Shown here: piece by piece, positions 63,889 to 64,000 of the stretch
How positions within the stretch are numbered: position 1 is the first letter of the stretch
Layout of the letters: every line of letters begins with the position of its first letter
From: Leucoraja erinacea
Taxonomy: Eukaryota
Reading direction: 5' to 3'
Length of the DNA stretch: 64,000 nucleotides
NCBI RefSeq assembly: GCF_028641065.1
Contig: NC_073381.1
Location: 23,870,001-23,934,000 of the forward strand
The notes under the pieces: generated by a model
Told to the model about the DNA's origin: nothing
The model's database searches: none
Seen by the model: only the letters and a program-made list of their open reading frames with translations
Translations under genes and position numbers: made by a program

Positions 63889-64000
63889 CCATCCATTTGA
63901 AAGATTTTGATGATAACGTAGGTGGCATGATTAGTAAGTTTGTGAATGATGTAGTATGGTGGACAGTGGGGTAGGTTACCTAAGGTTACAACAAGATCGA

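Overview
Eukaryotic (vertebrate) DNA. The repeat landscape suggests a cartilaginous fish such as a skate or ray (inference). The whole window lies inside one + strand gene, gamma-2 syntrophin (SNTG2). Five internal coding exons (5775-5818, 5939-5980, 12375-12462, 18091-18182, 59484-59611) have GT-AG boundaries and compatible phases, and encode the C-terminal half of the PDZ domain and the following Ser/Pro-rich region. The rest is intron packed with transposable elements: CR1 and Rex1/Babar LINEs, a near-complete Penelope element (RT + GIY-YIG), a decayed DIRS1-type tyrosine-recombinase retrotransposon, a Tc1 transposon, non-autonomous Helitrons, TIR MITEs, tRNA-derived SINEs and two short LTR remnants. 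There is a 164-N gap. The most notable hidden signal is about ten Penelope terminal-repeat copies carrying a minimal hammerhead-ribozyme core (consensus CTGAAGA-A-GGGTC-TC-GACCC-GAAAC-GTC), some in tandem or as long palindromes. I found no evidence for a wholly new protein-coding system; most ORF-track entries are spurious or TE fragments. TE boundaries are by eye and approximate unless termini are quoted.
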